The position numbers and the translations under genes were made by a program. From assembly GCA_965232595.1 (NCBI GenBank), contig OZ246983.1:1352022-1416021 (forward strand): 64,000 nt of DNA, in the 5' to 3' direction. This DNA is from Candidatus Azotimanducaceae bacterium (GTDB lineage: Bacteria > Pseudomonadota > Gammaproteobacteria > Pseudomonadales > Azotimanducaceae). The notes beneath the pieces are model-generated. The model ran no database searches and had not been told where the DNA came from. It saw nothing but the letters and a program-made list of their open reading frames with translations. Positions 12,848 to 24,443 of the stretch are shown piece after piece; within the stretch, counting starts at the first letter, position 1, and each line of letters begins with the position of its first letter.

Positions 12848-14788
12848 ATGTCTGAAGTTCACGTAGTACCCGTGCCGGACGCAATGCGCGACCGCTGCTT
12901 CATCAACGATGATCAGTACCAGGCCCTTTACGACCGCTCCATCAACGACCCGGAAGGCTTCTGGGCGGAGCAGGCCGACATCTTCGTCGACTGGTTCGAG
13001 AAGTGGACGGAGATATCCGACGCCGACCTGCCGGCGGGCAAGGTGAGCTGGTTCAAAGGCGGTAAGCTCAACATCGCCTACAACTGCATCGACCGGCACC
13101 TGGAAACCCGCGGCGAGCAGACGGCCATCATCTGGGAAGGGGACGCCGGCGATACCGCACACATCTCCTACCGCGAGCTGCACGCGAAAGTCTGCCAGCT
13201 GGCAAACGCGCTGAAGGCGCGCGGGGTGCGCAAAGGCGACCGCGTCTGCATCTACATGCCGATGATTCCGGAAGCAGCCTACGCCATGCTCGCCTGCATG
13301 CGCATCGGCGCCATCCACTCGGTGGTGTTCGGTGGCTTCTCGCCGCAGTCGCTGCGCGACCGGATCCTCGACTCCGACTGCCGGGTACTCATCACTGCCG
13401 ACGAAGGCGTTCGCGGCGGCCGCACCGTGCCGCTGAAGGCGAACGCCGAAGAGGCGCTGGCCGACTGCCCGAACGTGCACACGGTGCTGACGGTGCGTCG
13501 CACCGGTGCCGACGTGGCCTGGCATGCCGAGCGCGACGTCTGGTACCACGAGCTGGTGGACGCGCAGCCAACCGACTGCGAGCCCGAGGTCATGGATTCG
13601 GAAGATCCTTCGTTCATCCTTTATACCTCCGGCTCCACCGGCAAGCCGAAGGGCGTGCAGCACGGCACCGCCGGCTACCTGCTGCAGGCGGCGATGACCC
13701 ACAAGTACGTATTCGACTACCACGACGGCGACATCTACTGGTGCACGGCCGACGTCGGCTGGATCACCGGGCACACCTACATCGTTTACGGGCCGCTGGC
13801 CAATGGCGCCACCACCCTCATGTTCGAAGGGGTGCCCACCTGGCCGGACGCAGGCCGCTGCTGGGAAGTGGTGGACAAACACAAGGTCAACATCTTCTAC
13901 ACCGCACCCACCGCCATCCGCCAGCTGATGGGCCAGGGTGACGAGTTCGTGACCCGCAGCTCCCGCGAGTCGCTGCGCCTGCTCGGCACCGTCGGCGAGC
14001 CGATCAACCCGGAGGCCTGGGAGTGGTACCACAGGATCGTTGGGGACGAACGCTGCCCCATCGTCGATACCTGGTGGCAGACGGAAACCGGCGGCATCAT
14101 GATCTCGCCCCTGCCCGGGGCCACCGCGCTGAAGCCCGGCAGCGCCACCCGGCCGTTCTTCGGGGTGCAGCCCGCCCTGGTCGACGCGGAAGGCAACCTG
14201 CTGGAAGACACCGAGGCATCGGGCAATCTGGTCATCACCGCTTCATGGCCCGGCCAGATCCGGACCGTCTACGGTGACCACCAGCGGGTGGTGGACACCT
14301 ACTACAGCACCTACAAGGGCTACTACTTCACCGGTGACGGTGCCCGCCGCGATGCGGACGGCTACTACTGGATCACCGGCAGGGTGGACGACGTGATGAA
14401 CGTGTCCGGTCACCGGATCGGCACGGCTGAGGTAGAGAGCGCTCTGGTGCTGCACGACGCCGTCGCCGAAGCGGCCGTGGTCGGCTTCCCGCACGACGTG
14501 AAGGGCGAAGGCATCTACGCTTACGTCACCCTGATGGTCGGCAACAACGAAGAAGCGGAGCAGCTGCGCGAAGAGCTGGTGAACCTGGTTCGCGCCGAGA
14601 TCGGCCCCTTCGCCAAACCCGAGCACATCCAGTTCGCCCCGGGGCTGCCAAAAACCCGGTCCGGCAAGATCATGCGCCGCATACTGCGCAAGATCGCCGC
14701 GGACGATCTGGAGAACCTGGGCGATACTTCCACCCTGGCCGAGCCGGCCGTGGTGGAAGACCTGGTGGCGAATCGAGCCAGCGCCTGA
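12848..14788 (+). CDS. acs: Acetyl-CoA synthetase
   Basis: 646 aa with the AMP-binding motif [11 protein letters not shown] and C-terminal [11 protein letters not shown]. Confidence 0.96.
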   Translation: MSEVHVVPVPDAMRDRCFINDDQYQALYDRSINDPEGFWAEQADIFVDWFEKWTEISDADLPAGKVSWFKGGKLNIAYNCIDRHLETRGEQTAIIWEGDAGDTAHISYRELHAKVCQLANALKARGVRKGDRVCIYMPMIPEAAYAMLACMRIGAIHSVVFGGFSPQSLRDRILDSDCRVLITADEGVRGGRTVPLKANAEEALADCPNVHTVLTVRRTGADVAWHAERDVWYHELVDAQPTDCEPEVMDSEDPSFILYTSGSTGKPKGVQHGTAGYLLQAAMTHKYVFDYHDGDIYWCTADVGWITGHTYIVYGPLANGATTLMFEGVPTWPDAGRCWEVVDKHKVNIFYTAPTAIRQLMGQGDEFVTRSSRESLRLLGTVGEPINPEAWEWYHRIVGDERCPIVDTWWQTETGGIMISPLPGATALKPGSATRPFFGVQPALVDAEGNLLEDTEASGNLVITASWPGQIRTVYGDHQRVVDTYYSTYKGYYFTGDGARRDADGYYWITGRVDDVMNVSGHRIGTAEVESALVLHDAVAEAAVVGFPHDVKGEGIYAYVTLMVGNNEEAEQLREELVNLVRAEIGPFAKPEHIQFAPGLPKTRSGKIMRRILRKIAADDLENLGDTSTLAEPAVVEDLVANRASA

Positions 14789-14809
14789 GCGGACTCGCTG
14801 CCGGCGTTC

Positions 14810-15304
14810 CTACTTTCGCAGGGACGCCAGCTTGAAGTTGTCCCAGGTCACCTGGCTGTCCGGGGTGAACACCATCCAGCGACCGTTCGAGCCGCGGGCC
14901 GTGGCGCTGTTCGGTGGCGGGTCCTCTACGGCCGGCTGACCGTGGCCGCCGTTGTACTTGCGGCCCATCTGCGCCCGAGCCTCATCGAGATGTTCGTCCG
15001 CCGCTTCCGCCGCCGCGTCCTCAAGCACCGTCGCCTTGCCCTGCAGCATGACGGCCTGCAGCTCAGGAAACTTCTCGTTCCGATCGACGATGATGCTGCA
15101 CTCCGGGTTGCGCCGCAGGTTGGCCACTTTCTGGCCACGCCCGTAGATGTAGATCCGGCCCCCCGCCCAGCCGAACCACATGGGCGTCAGGTTGATCCTG
15201 GTCCTGGGGCCGATGGTGGCGATGCGGCAGTTCCAGGTGCTGGTCATGATCTCCTCGATCTGGGCGTCGTCGAGGGCGAGTTTTCTCGATAGGGGCATGT
15301 GCAC
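14810..15304 (-). CDS. Pyridoxamine 5'-phosphate oxidase-family (split-barrel flavin-binding) protein
   Basis: About 160 aa, with the pattern CRIATIGP...NLTPMWF...IYIYG...KVANLRRNP typical of PPOX-class proteins. Confidence 0.55.
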   Translation of the reverse strand: MHMPLSRKLALDDAQIEEIMTSTWNCRIATIGPRTRINLTPMWFGWAGGRIYIYGRGQKVANLRRNPECSIIVDRNEKFPELQAVMLQGKATVLEDAAAEAADEHLDEARAQMGRKYNGGHGQPAVEDPPPNSATARGSNGRWMVFTPDSQVTWDNFKLASLRK

Positions 15305-15334
15305 TTCCTCCCGGTTTCCACCCTATCCTAACCC

Positions 15335-15398
15335 CAAAACGAAAACGCGCCCCGGAGGGCGCGTTTCTTTTTGGGTCGGCGTCTGCCTAGACAGACGC
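15335..15398 (-). terminator. pnp terminator region: two stem-loops
   Basis: The first hairpin is gcgtctg-cctaga-cagacgc (15379..15398), just after the pnp stop. The second is a 10-bp stem aaacgcgccc/gggcgcgttt (15343..15366) flanked by T-tracts on both strands. Confidence 0.7.
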
Positions 15399-15405
15399 GA
15401 AAGTG

Positions 15406-17505
15406 CTACGCACTTTCGGAGTAGTTCTCCACTTCCTTCATGGAGAGCTTGATCCGACCGCGCTGGTCCACATCGAGGCAGACCACCTTCACGTCCTGAC
15501 CTTCTGCAAGGTAGTCGCTGACGTTCTCCACTCGCTCTTCAGCGATCTGGGAAATGTGCAGCAGGCCGTCCTTGCCGGGCAGGATGGTGATGAAGGCGCC
15601 GAAGTCGACGATCCGGGCAACCTTGCCCTCGTAGATCCTGCCGACTTCCGCTTCCGCGGTGATCTCTTCGATCTTGGCAACCGCGGCCTTCATGCCGTCG
15701 CCGTCTGCGGCGTAGATGCGCACGCTGCCATCGTCCTCGATGTCGATGTCCGCACCCGTCTCTTCGACGATGCTGCGAATGGTCGCGCCACCCTTGCCGA
15801 TGATGTCGCGGATCTTGTCCGGATGGACATTGAGCACGCGCATGGCCGGAGCGTTGTCGGAGATTTCCGCACGGGACTCGGCGAGCACCTTGTTCATCTC
15901 GCCCAGGATGTGCTGACGCGCATCCAGCGCCTGAGCCAGGGCGATCTCCATGATCTCCTCGGTGATGCCATCGATCTTGATGTCCATCTGCAGAGCGGTC
16001 ACGCCCTGGGCGGTGCCCGCCACCTTGAAGTCCATGTCCCCGAGGTGATCCTCGTCACCGAGGATGTCGGTGAGCACGGCGTACTTGTTGCCTTCCTTCA
16101 CCAGACCCATGGCAACGCCGGCTACCGGCGCCTTCATCGGCACGCCCGCATCCATCAGCGCCAGCGAGGTACCGCAGACGCTGGCCATGGAAGAGGAACC
16201 GTTGGATTCGGTGATCTCCGATACCACCCGGAGGGTGTACGGGAAATCGTCGACGTTCGGCAGCACCGCTGACACGCCACGACGGGCCAGACGGCCGTGG
16301 CCAATCTCGCGCCGCTTCGGGCCGCCCATGAAGCCAGCTTCACCGACGCTGTACGGCGGGAAGTTGTAGTGCAGCATGAAGTTGTCTTTGTAGGTGCCTT
16401 CCAGCGCGTCGATCAGCGCCGCATCACGCATGGTGCCGAGGGTGGCAACGACGATGGCCTGGGTCTCACCCCGGGTGAACAGGGCCGAGCCGTGGGTCTT
16501 CGGCAGCATGCCGGTTTCCACGTGAATCGGGCGGACGGTGCGCAGGTCGCGGCCGTCGATCCGGGGCTCGCCGTTGATGACGCGCTGCCGGACCAGGTTC
16601 TTTTCCACCTTGCCGAAGGCAGCGGAAACGTCGTCCGCGCTGTACTCAGCGTCTTCCGCGCCGGCGAGCGCTTCCACGACTGATCTGCGCAGCGCGCTGA
16701 CCTTGCCCTGACGCTCCATCTTGTCGGTGACCCGATAGGCATCACCCAGGTCGGCCTTGACGGCGCTCTCCACCTTGTCGGCGAGGCCGGTATCCGCTTC
16801 CGGTGCCTGCCAGTCCCAGGCCGGCTTGCCGGCTTCCTGAGCCAGCGCCTTGATGGCGTCGATGGCCACCTGCATCTCCTGGTGCGCGAACAGCACCGCG
16901 CCGAGCATCTGGTCTTCGTTGAGCTCTTCGGCTTCCGACTCCACCATCAGCACGGCAGCGTCGGTACCAGCCACGACCATGTTCAGCGCGGATTCTTCCA
17001 GCGCCTCATAGCCAGGGTTCAGAAGGTATGAGCCGTTCTTGTAGCCTACCCGCGCACAGCCGATCGGGCCGGCGAAGGGGATGCCGGAGATGGCGAGCGC
17101 CGCCGAGGCACCGAGCATCGCAGGCACATCAGGATCGTGATCCTTCTCCGCCGACATTACCGTGCAGATCACCTGAACTTCGTTCAGGAAGCCCTTCGGA
17201 AACAGCGGCCGCAGCGGCCGGTCGATGAGACGGGAGGTGAGGGTTTCTTTCTCTGTAGGCCGACCCTCCCGACGGAAAAAGCCGCCCGGGATCTTGCCCG
17301 CAGCGTAGGTCTTTTCCTGGTAGTTGACGGTCAACGGGAAGAAGTCCTGACCGGGACGCGCGTTCGGGGCGCCAACGACGGTGCAGAGGACTACGGTCTC
17401 GTCCATGCTGACGAGCACGGAACCGGTCGCCTGCTTGGCGACCCGGCCGGTTTCCAGCACGATCTTGTTGTCGCCGAACTGAAATTCTTTGGTTATGGGA
17501 TTCAA
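15406..17505 (-). CDS. pnp: Polynucleotide phosphorylase
   Basis: 699 aa with two RNase PH domains plus KH and S1 domains. It lies downstream of rpsO. Confidence 0.97.
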   Translation of the reverse strand: MNPITKEFQFGDNKIVLETGRVAKQATGSVLVSMDETVVLCTVVGAPNARPGQDFFPLTVNYQEKTYAAGKIPGGFFRREGRPTEKETLTSRLIDRPLRPLFPKGFLNEVQVICTVMSAEKDHDPDVPAMLGASAALAISGIPFAGPIGCARVGYKNGSYLLNPGYEALEESALNMVVAGTDAAVLMVESEAEELNEDQMLGAVLFAHQEMQVAIDAIKALAQEAGKPAWDWQAPEADTGLADKVESAVKADLGDAYRVTDKMERQGKVSALRRSVVEALAGAEDAEYSADDVSAAFGKVEKNLVRQRVINGEPRIDGRDLRTVRPIHVETGMLPKTHGSALFTRGETQAIVVATLGTMRDAALIDALEGTYKDNFMLHYNFPPYSVGEAGFMGGPKRREIGHGRLARRGVSAVLPNVDDFPYTLRVVSEITESNGSSSMASVCGTSLALMDAGVPMKAPVAGVAMGLVKEGNKYAVLTDILGDEDHLGDMDFKVAGTAQGVTALQMDIKIDGITEEIMEIALAQALDARQHILGEMNKVLAESRAEISDNAPAMRVLNVHPDKIRDIIGKGGATIRSIVEETGADIDIEDDGSVRIYAADGDGMKAAVAKIEEITAEAEVGRIYEGKVARIVDFGAFITILPGKDGLLHISQIAEERVENVSDYLAEGQDVKVVCLDVDQRGRIKLSMKEVENYSESA

Positions 17506-17548
17506 AATATTTTCTCCAATAAGGATTACTCGACGCTTAAGCCCTTGC

Positions 17549-17818
17549 TTAGCGTCGCAGGCCCAGTCGCTTGATTAGATCTGAATAGCGATTGGCATCT
17601 TTCTGCTTGAGGTAATCCAGCAGTTTGCGTCGCTGGTTGACCATACGGATCAGCCCGCGACGGGAATGATGATCTTTGTGGTGCGCTTTGAAGTGATCCT
17701 GCAACCCGTTGATGTTGTGGGTCAGCAGCGCAACCTGTACTTCCGGGGACCCTGTGTCCCCGTCTTCTAGTTGATACTCCTTGATGATGTCTGCTTTGCT
17801 TGCGGCATTCAGTGCCAT
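17549..17818 (-). CDS. rpsO: 30S ribosomal protein S15
   Basis: 89 aa with the [15 protein letters not shown]-type motif ([19 protein letters not shown]). Confidence 0.97.
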   Translation of the reverse strand: MALNAASKADIIKEYQLEDGDTGSPEVQVALLTHNINGLQDHFKAHHKDHHSRRGLIRMVNQRRKLLDYLKQKDANRYSDLIKRLGLRR

Positions 17819-17925
17819 TTCTCTTTACTCCATTTAATGTGCGCTACGTTTATCGGGATCACCGTGCACATTTACAGTGACCTCGTGGCGACAGGCTTTT
17901 TCTGCTATCTCAGCCCGCCAACTGC

Positions 17926-18864
17926 TTATCGCTCGTCAGAGCGTCCGTGCTCCACGACCAGACGCCGCGGAGCCACCCTTCCATCGTCGAGAATTTCGCC
18001 CACCCCGATGAACTTCGTGGTGTCGTCTTCCTCGACTTCAGATAGCCGCACCCAACCACTGGTTGGCGCGTGCGGCACGATCACCGGCTGGCCCTGGCGC
18101 AGGTAATAGGCGGTGTTGTCGGTCAACCTGACCTCCGGCCACTGCCTGACCGCGCTGCCAACCGGCTGCAGGAAGGGATCGAGAGAACCCTGCTCGAGGG
18201 CTGCTTCCAGCGTCTCGAAGGTCACCAGATCCGCTTCCGAGTACGGGCCGGCTGCCAGTCGTCGCAACTCGACGACATGAGCACCACAACCCAGCACCTC
18301 GCCGAGCTCTTCGGCGATGGTTCGAACGTAGGTCCCTTTGCTGCAATGGATGGACAGCGTCAGCTCATCCCCATCGAAGCTCTCGAGCTCGTTCGAAAAT
18401 ATCGTTACGCGTCGAGCTTCACGCTCGATCTCTATGCCCTGGCGCGCCAGCTTGTACAGCGGCTGGCCCTCGTGCTTGATGGCAGAGAACATGGACGGGA
18501 CCTGATCGATCTCGCCGCGGAAGAAACGCAGGGCGTCTTCCACCTTCTCTGCATCCACACCCTCCACCGGGCATTCCCGGATCACCTGGCCGTCCGAGTC
18601 ACCACTGTCGGTAGCGACGCCCAGCTTGATCCGAACCCAGTACTTCTTGTCCGAGGACAGGAGGTACTGTGAAAACTTCGTGGCCTCACCGAAACACAGC
18701 GGCAGGACACCGGTGGCCAGCGGGTCCAGCGCGCCCGTGTGGCCGACCTTGCGGGCGTTGAACAGGCGTTTGGCCTTCTGCACCGCATCGTTCGAGCTGA
18801 TCCCCTGAGGCTTGTCCAGCACCAGGATGCCGCTCACATCACGTCCGCGCCGACGTCTAGCCAT
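17926..18864 (-). CDS. truB: tRNA pseudouridine(55) synthase
   Basis: It has GILVLDKPQGISSN and GHTGALDPLATGVLP motifs. The start at ATG 18864 overlaps the rbfA stop. Confidence 0.93.
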   Translation of the reverse strand: MARRRRGRDVSGILVLDKPQGISSNDAVQKAKRLFNARKVGHTGALDPLATGVLPLCFGEATKFSQYLLSSDKKYWVRIKLGVATDSGDSDGQVIRECPVEGVDAEKVEDALRFFRGEIDQVPSMFSAIKHEGQPLYKLARQGIEIEREARRVTIFSNELESFDGDELTLSIHCSKGTYVRTIAEELGEVLGCGAHVVELRRLAAGPYSEADLVTFETLEAALEQGSLDPFLQPVGSAVRQWPEVRLTDNTAYYLRQGQPVIVPHAPTSGWVRLSEVEEDDTTKFIGVGEILDDGRVAPRRLVVEHGRSDER

Positions 18865-19255
18865 CGTCGCGGCTCTCCGCTTCCGACCGATTGCCCTCGG
18901 CATCGGCCTGCACCGCTTTCTCGATCAGCGACTCCAGCGCCGGTCCGCGCTCGATCACCTCGTCGTAGTGAAAGCGCGGCTTCGGCGTCGTTCGCATGCT
19001 GTGCCGCTTGGCCAGCTCGGAGCGGAAGTAACCGGCGGCCTTGTTCAGCACCCCGATCAGCTCTGCCCGCTCATCGTCCGTCTTCGTCTCGTGCGAAGAC
19101 ACGTAGACCTCGGCGTAGGAGAGGTCTTTGCTCACCTTCACCTCGTTAACGCTCACCATGCCAACCCGCGGGTCGCGCATCTGCCGCTGGATGATCGAAG
19201 CCAGCTCGTCGCGGATGAAGTCCCCGACGCGCTCTTCTCTGCCGAACTCACGCAT
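18857..19255 (-). CDS. rbfA: Ribosome-binding factor A
   Basis: It has the RVGDFIRDELASII and VKVSKDLSYAEVYV motifs. Start at MREFGRE (19255). Confidence 0.92.
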   Translation of the reverse strand: MREFGREERVGDFIRDELASIIQRQMRDPRVGMVSVNEVKVSKDLSYAEVYVSSHETKTDDERAELIGVLNKAAGYFRSELAKRHSMRTTPKPRFHYDEVIERGPALESLIEKAVQADAEGNRSEAESRDDG

Positions 19256-19285
19256 GGCTACGATCAATCAGAGCGCCCGAGCCCG

Positions 19286-21856
19286 CTAGAGCTCGCGTGC
19301 GACTTCACGGGAGTCGAAGACCTCGATCAGGTCGCCTTCCCGGACGTCGTTGTAGTTACGCACGCCGATACCGCATTCGGTGCCGTTGCGGACTTCGTTC
19401 ACGTCGTCCTTGAAGCGTCTGAGCGACTCCAGCTCACCTTCGTAGATCACCACGTTGTCACGCAGTACCCGGATCGGCTTGTTCCGGAAAACGGTGCCTT
19501 CTGTGACCATGCAGCCAGCCACCTGGCCGAACCGCGGCGAGCGGAACACGTCGCGCACCTCGGCGATGCCGACGATTTCCTCGCGGATTTCCGGCGCCAG
19601 CATGCCGGACAGCACCTGCTTGACGTCATCGAGCAGCTCGTAGATCACGCTGTAGTAGCGCAGATCCAGACCTTCCCGCTCGATGAGTTTCTTAGCGGAG
19701 CTGTCTGCGCGGACGTTGAAGCCGAAGATGGCGGCACCGTAGGTGAGCGCCAGGTTCGCGTCCGTTGCGGTGATGCCGCCGATGCCGGACCCGAGAATGT
19801 TGACTGCCACCTCGTCGTTGCCCATCTCGCCCAGCGCCTGCTGGATCGCTTCCAGCGAGCCACGCACATCGGCCTTCAGCACCATCTTCAGGATGCGCTT
19901 CTCGCCCTCGCCGATGTTGGCGAACATGTTCTCCATCTTCGCCGCCTGCTGCATCGCCTGCCGCTGTTCCTGCGACTTGTCGCGCCGGAACTCGGCCAGT
20001 TCCCGAGCCGTTCGCTCGTCGTTGGCGACGGAGAAGTCGTCTCCTGCCGCCGGCGTGCCGCCGAGGCCCAGCAGCTCAACCGGATCGGACGGTCCGGCAA
20101 CTTTGATCTGCTCGCCGAGGTCGTTGAGCATGGCTCGGACCCGACCGTGGAACTCGCCGGCAATGACCACGTCACCCTGACTGAGGGTGCCGTTCTGCAC
20201 CAGCACGGTGGCCACCGGACCACGGCCTTTGTCGAGTCGGGACTCGATGACCGTACCGCGGGCAGGGCCGCTTTCGACCGCCTTCAGCTCCAGAATCTCC
20301 GACTGCAGCAGCACGGCTTCCAGCAGCGCTTCGATGCCTTCGCCGGTGTGCGCGGATACCTTGATGAACTGGGTATCCCCCCCCCAGTCTTCCGGCACAA
20401 CTTCCTTCGCGGCCAACTCGTTGGTCACCCGGTCCGGGTCAGCGGCTTCCAGATCACACTTGTTGATGGCGACCACCATGGGCACACCGGCAGCGCGGGC
20501 ATGCTGAATGGCTTCTTCCGTCTGCGGCATGACGCCATCGTCGGCAGCAACCACCAGAATCACGATGTCCGTTGACTGCGCGCCGCGGGCCCGCATCGCG
20601 GTGAACGCCGCGTGGCCGGGGGTGTCGATGAAGGTGATGCGGCCGTGTGGCGTATCCACCTTGTAGGCGCCAATGTGCTGGGTGATGCCGCCGGCCTCAC
20701 CGCTGGTCACCCGGGTTTCGCGAATGTAGTCGAGCAGAGAAGTTTTGCCGTGGTCGACGTGACCCATCACCGTGACTACCGGCGAGCGGGACACCTCGTC
20801 CCCTTCCAGCACCAGCGACTCTTCCAGCGATTGCTCCAGCGCGTCCTCGTGGATGAGCTTGACCTTGTGTCCCATCTCTTCGATGACCAGCGTCGCCGTA
20901 TCCTGGTCCACCGTCTGGTTGATGGTGGCCATCACGCCCATGCCCATGAGCGTCTTGATCACCTCGCCGGCTTTCACCGACATGCGCTGGGCCAGATCGC
21001 CAACGCTGATCAGATCGGGCACTTCCACTTCCCGGGCAATGAACTCGGTCGGGCGGAACTCGCCACCCTGCTGGTCCACCTGAATGGGCGTCTGGTGGTG
21101 GCGACGACGGGCTCTGCGCTCCGTTTTCAGGGACAGCTCGCGACGGCCACCGCTCTTCTTGCGATCGTGCTCACGGCCCTTGGCCCGCTTGCCGCCTTTC
21201 TCGCTGGCCTGCTGCTTCGCCTGCGCTTCGGCAGCGGCCTTGGCAGCAGCCTCCGGATCCACAGCCGCGGCTTCCGGTTGCGCCGTTTTGGCAGCGGCTT
21301 CTTCCTGAGCTTTGCGCTCCGCCTCGGCGCGCGCTTCCTCTTCCTGTCGAGCCTGCTCTTCCTTGCGCCGCGCTTCCTCTTCTTTGCGCTCCGCTTCCTC
21401 GCGCCGGGTTGCTTCCTCGGCGGACTGGCGCGCCTGCTCCTCTTCGCGGATCTTCTGGGCTTCCAGCTCCAGAGCGCTGGGCGCTTTGGCCGGCTGAGCC
21501 GCGGCCTCTTCCGCTGCTGGCGCCGCGGCCGCGGTTGCCGCTTCCGGCTCCACCTCGGCACGCTTCACGTAGGTGCGCTTGCGCCGCACCTCGACGTTTA
21601 CCGTTTTGCCGGTTCGACCCTGACCCGTCTTCAGCGTGCCGGTGGTCCGGCGCTTCAGCGTGATTTTGCTCGGTTGCGAAGACGCCCGCTCACCGTGGCT
21701 GGCCTTGAGATGGGTGAGCAGCTTCTGCTTCTCCTCATCGGATACCAGCTCGTCATCACGAGAGTGCGAAAGACCCGCTTCCTGCATCTGCTTGAGCAGG
21801 CGGTCGACGGGTGTTCCCACCGTCTCTGCGAGTTGCTTTACCGTGACGTCGGACAT
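19286..21856 (-). CDS. infB: Translation initiation factor IF-2
   Basis: 856 aa with a charged low-complexity N-terminal region and the GTPase motifs [14 protein letters not shown] and NKCD. Confidence 0.97.
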   Translation of the reverse strand: MSDVTVKQLAETVGTPVDRLLKQMQEAGLSHSRDDELVSDEEKQKLLTHLKASHGERASSQPSKITLKRRTTGTLKTGQGRTGKTVNVEVRRKRTYVKRAEVEPEAATAAAAPAAEEAAAQPAKAPSALELEAQKIREEEQARQSAEEATRREEAERKEEEARRKEEQARQEEEARAEAERKAQEEAAAKTAQPEAAAVDPEAAAKAAAEAQAKQQASEKGGKRAKGREHDRKKSGGRRELSLKTERRARRRHHQTPIQVDQQGGEFRPTEFIAREVEVPDLISVGDLAQRMSVKAGEVIKTLMGMGVMATINQTVDQDTATLVIEEMGHKVKLIHEDALEQSLEESLVLEGDEVSRSPVVTVMGHVDHGKTSLLDYIRETRVTSGEAGGITQHIGAYKVDTPHGRITFIDTPGHAAFTAMRARGAQSTDIVILVVAADDGVMPQTEEAIQHARAAGVPMVVAINKCDLEAADPDRVTNELAAKEVVPEDWGGDTQFIKVSAHTGEGIEALLEAVLLQSEILELKAVESGPARGTVIESRLDKGRGPVATVLVQNGTLSQGDVVIAGEFHGRVRAMLNDLGEQIKVAGPSDPVELLGLGGTPAAGDDFSVANDERTARELAEFRRDKSQEQRQAMQQAAKMENMFANIGEGEKRILKMVLKADVRGSLEAIQQALGEMGNDEVAVNILGSGIGGITATDANLALTYGAAIFGFNVRADSSAKKLIEREGLDLRYYSVIYELLDDVKQVLSGMLAPEIREEIVGIAEVRDVFRSPRFGQVAGCMVTEGTVFRNKPIRVLRDNVVIYEGELESLRRFKDDVNEVRNGTECGIGVRNYNDVREGDLIEVFDSREVAREL

Positions 21857-21873
21857 TCCTTAACCTCTTCAGT

Positions 21874-23394
21874 CTACTCTTCGGCTTCCTCGAACCACGG
21901 TGCGCGCGCGGTCATGATGAGCGCCGCTGCTGCTTCGTCGTCCAGGTCTTCCACGATCTCCTGAAGGTCCGGCACCGCCAGCTCGGCCAGATCTTCCATG
22001 GTGATCACACCATTGCTGGCCAGCTGAAACGCGAGCCTGCGCTCCATGCCTTCCATGTTCAGGAGGTCTTCTGCCGGTTCCTGCTCGCCGAGCGCTTCTT
22101 CGCTGGCGATTGCCTTCGTCAGCAGCGCGTCCCGTGCCCGGTTGCGCAGCTCTTCGACGATCTCCTCATCGAAGCCCTCGATGGCCGTCATCTCTTCGAT
22201 CGGCACGTAGGCCACTTCTTCCAGCGTGGTGAAGCCTTCTTCCACCAGCACGATGGCCACGTCCTCATCGACCGCCAGCGAGTCCATGAACTCCTGGATG
22301 TACTTGCCGGCCTCTTCCTCCTGTTTGGAGATGGCCTCTTCCTCGGTCATGATGTTGAGCTTCCAGCCCGTCAGGTCGCTGGCCAGCCGGACGTTCTGAC
22401 CACCCCGGCCAATCGCCTGGGCCAGGTTGTCCTCGTTCACCGCGATGTCCATCGCCTGAACCTCTTCGTCCAGGACGATCGACTCCACCTCTGCCGGCGC
22501 CATGGCGTTCACCGCCAGCTGAGCCGGATTCTCGTCCCAGGGCACGATGTCGATCCGCTCGCCCGCCAGCTCGCCGGATACGGCCTGCACCCTGGAGCCG
22601 CGCATGCCGACGCAGGCGCCAACCGGATCTATCCGGCCGTCGTTGGTCTTCACCGCGATCTTCGCCCGGGAGCCCGGATCGCGAGCAGCGCCGCGGATCT
22701 CGATCACGTCCTCAGAGATCTCCGGCACTTCGATCTTGAACAGCTCGATCAGCATCTTCGGCGAGGTCCGGGTGAGAATCAGCTGCGGACCGCGATTGTC
22801 CGGCTTGATCTCGAGCAGCAGCGCCCGCAGGCGATCGCCAACCCGGAAGGTCTCCCGCGGGATCAGGTGCTCGCGGGTCAGCAGGCCTTCGGCGTTGCTG
22901 CCCAGATCTACGATCACGCTGTCCCGACCAAGCTTCTTCACCGTGCCGCCGATCAGCTCGCCGACCCGGGGCAGGTACGCTTCGACGATCTGCGCCCGTT
23001 CTGCTTCCCGCACCTTCTGGACGATGACCTGCTTCGCCGTCTGTGCGGCGATGCGGCCGAACTCCACAGACTCCACCGGCTTCTCGATGGTGTCGCCGAG
23101 CTCGAGGCTGGAATCTTTTTCCTTCGCCTCTTCCACGGTCAGCTGCGCTTCCGGGTTCCACTCCGGCTCTTCCGGATCGTCGCTCGGCTCCGCAACGGTC
23201 CAGACCCGGAACGTCTCGTAATCACCAGACTCCCGGTCGATGGCGACGCGGAACTCCGCGTCCTCGCTGTAGCGCTTCTTGGTCGCGGTCGCCAGCGCCA
23301 CCTCGATCGCATCGAAGATGACTTCTTTGGACACGCCCTTCTCGTGGGAAACACCTTCCACCACGAGAAGAATTTCTTTGCTCATGTTGCTCAT
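21874..23394 (-). CDS. nusA: Transcription termination/antitermination factor NusA
   Basis: 506 aa with an S1 domain, two KH domains and acidic C-terminal repeats. It lies between rimP and infB. Confidence 0.96.
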   Translation of the reverse strand: MSNMSKEILLVVEGVSHEKGVSKEVIFDAIEVALATATKKRYSEDAEFRVAIDRESGDYETFRVWTVAEPSDDPEEPEWNPEAQLTVEEAKEKDSSLELGDTIEKPVESVEFGRIAAQTAKQVIVQKVREAERAQIVEAYLPRVGELIGGTVKKLGRDSVIVDLGSNAEGLLTREHLIPRETFRVGDRLRALLLEIKPDNRGPQLILTRTSPKMLIELFKIEVPEISEDVIEIRGAARDPGSRAKIAVKTNDGRIDPVGACVGMRGSRVQAVSGELAGERIDIVPWDENPAQLAVNAMAPAEVESIVLDEEVQAMDIAVNEDNLAQAIGRGGQNVRLASDLTGWKLNIMTEEEAISKQEEEAGKYIQEFMDSLAVDEDVAIVLVEEGFTTLEEVAYVPIEEMTAIEGFDEEIVEELRNRARDALLTKAIASEEALGEQEPAEDLLNMEGMERRLAFQLASNGVITMEDLAELAVPDLQEIVEDLDDEAAAALIMTARAPWFEEAEE

Positions 23395-23400
23395 CGAGTC

Positions 23401-23859
23401 TCAATCAAACCGCGGTACGACGCGCGCCCGCTGGACGTTCTCCAATGGCAGTAAGTACTCATCCTCACCGGACCGAACGACGACCTCGCCGTCTTCCAGC
23501 CCCATGAGAACACCTTTGATGCGCTTCGAACCTTCCACCGGGTAGTTCAAACGCACCTCGATCTCTTCCCCGGTACAGCTCTCGAACTGCGCCGACGTAA
23601 ACAGGATGCGATCCATGCCGGGTGAGGAAACCTCCAGGGTGTAGGCGCTCGACAGCACCTCTTCCACATCCAGCACATCGCTGACACGCCGACTCACGCG
23701 TTCGCAGTGATCAACGCTGATGCCTTCCTCGTTGTCGATGTAGATCGCGAGCTTCGAGTGCTTGCCCTGGGCCCGATACTCCACGCCCCAGACTTCGCAG
23801 CCTTCCATCGCGACAACGGGCGCAATCAGCGCGGCGATGTCGTTTTCTTTCCTGTTCAC
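23401..23859 (-). CDS. rimP: Ribosome maturation factor RimP
   Basis: 152 aa in the conserved position upstream of nusA. GTG start preceded by GGAAAGGAG. Confidence 0.9.
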   Translation of the reverse strand: MNRKENDIAALIAPVVAMEGCEVWGVEYRAQGKHSKLAIYIDNEEGISVDHCERVSRRVSDVLDVEEVLSSAYTLEVSSPGMDRILFTSAQFESCTGEEIEVRLNYPVEGSKRIKGVLMGLEDGEVVVRSGEDEYLLPLENVQRARVVPRFD

Positions 23860-23920
23860 TCCTTTCCTTCCGGATCACGCTCCGGACTGTTCTGGCTCTT
23901 CTCCAGACTTTTCTTTGCCC

Positions 23921-23946
23921 AATAAAAAATGGGCATACGCCCATTT
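23921..23946 (-). terminator. Intrinsic terminator/attenuator in the rimP-nusA-infB leader
   Basis: On the minus strand the sequence reads AAATGGGC-GTAT-GCCCATTT followed by TTTTTATT. It lies about 62 nt upstream of the rimP start. Confidence 0.7.
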
Positions 23947-24123
23947 CCCGAATCTCCTTATCGCGCGAACTCGCGCGGGAGCTTGTTCACCGGCCCGCAT
24001 CTGCTCTGGCAACACCAGAAAAGCACCGGCCATGGGCGACTTTAGCCTTACGCGGCGAGCCACCTGAAGGATGCCAACCACCGGCTCAGCAATCGGGCTG
24101 TCCCGATCCCTGAGCCAGCGGCT

Positions 24124-24152
24124 ACAAAAAGGCCCCTGACTAGGGGCCTTTT
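24124..24152 (-). terminator. Intrinsic terminator immediately downstream of tRNA-fMet
   Basis: On the minus strand, AGGCCCCT-AGTC-AGGGGCCT is followed by TTTTTGT. Confidence 0.75.
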
Positions 24153-24157
24153 ATCCT

Positions 24158-24234
<77 letters not shown>

Positions 24235-24311
24235 TCAGCAAGGGCGGGATTATATGTGCGTCCCCGGGCCCCCGCAACCGCATTTCGAAGAGAAATCCAT
24301 CAAATCCGGAA

Positions 24312-24339
24312 AGAAAAAAGCCCCGAGTTTCGGGGCTTT
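24312..24339 (-). terminator. Intrinsic terminator after tRNA-Leu
   Basis: On the minus strand, AAAGCCCCGA-AAC-TCGGGGCTTT is followed by a TTTC run. Confidence 0.75.
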
Positions 24340-24343
24340 ATGT

Positions 24344-24430
24344 TGGTGCCGAAGAGAGGACTCGAACCTCCACGGGCGTCAGCCCACTACCCCCTCAAGG
24401 TAGCGTGTCTACCAATTTCACCACTTCGGC
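24344..24430 (-). tRNA. leuU: tRNA-Leu (GAG)
   Basis: The reverse complement reads GCCGAAGTGGTGAAATTGGTAGACACGCTACCTTGAGGGGGTAG...TTCGAGTCCTCTCTTCGGCACCA. It has a long variable arm and lies directly downstream of secG, as leuU does in E. coli. Confidence 0.92.
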
Positions 24431-24443
24431 ATGTTCTCGAGGC

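Noticed and set aside
14810-15304. Reading the PPOX-like (14810..15304) and DUF385-like (62184..62600) proteins as evidence for F420 metabolism.
   Set aside because: These split-barrel families also bind FMN, FAD or heme. No F420 biosynthesis genes are visible here, so any cofactor inference would be unsupported.
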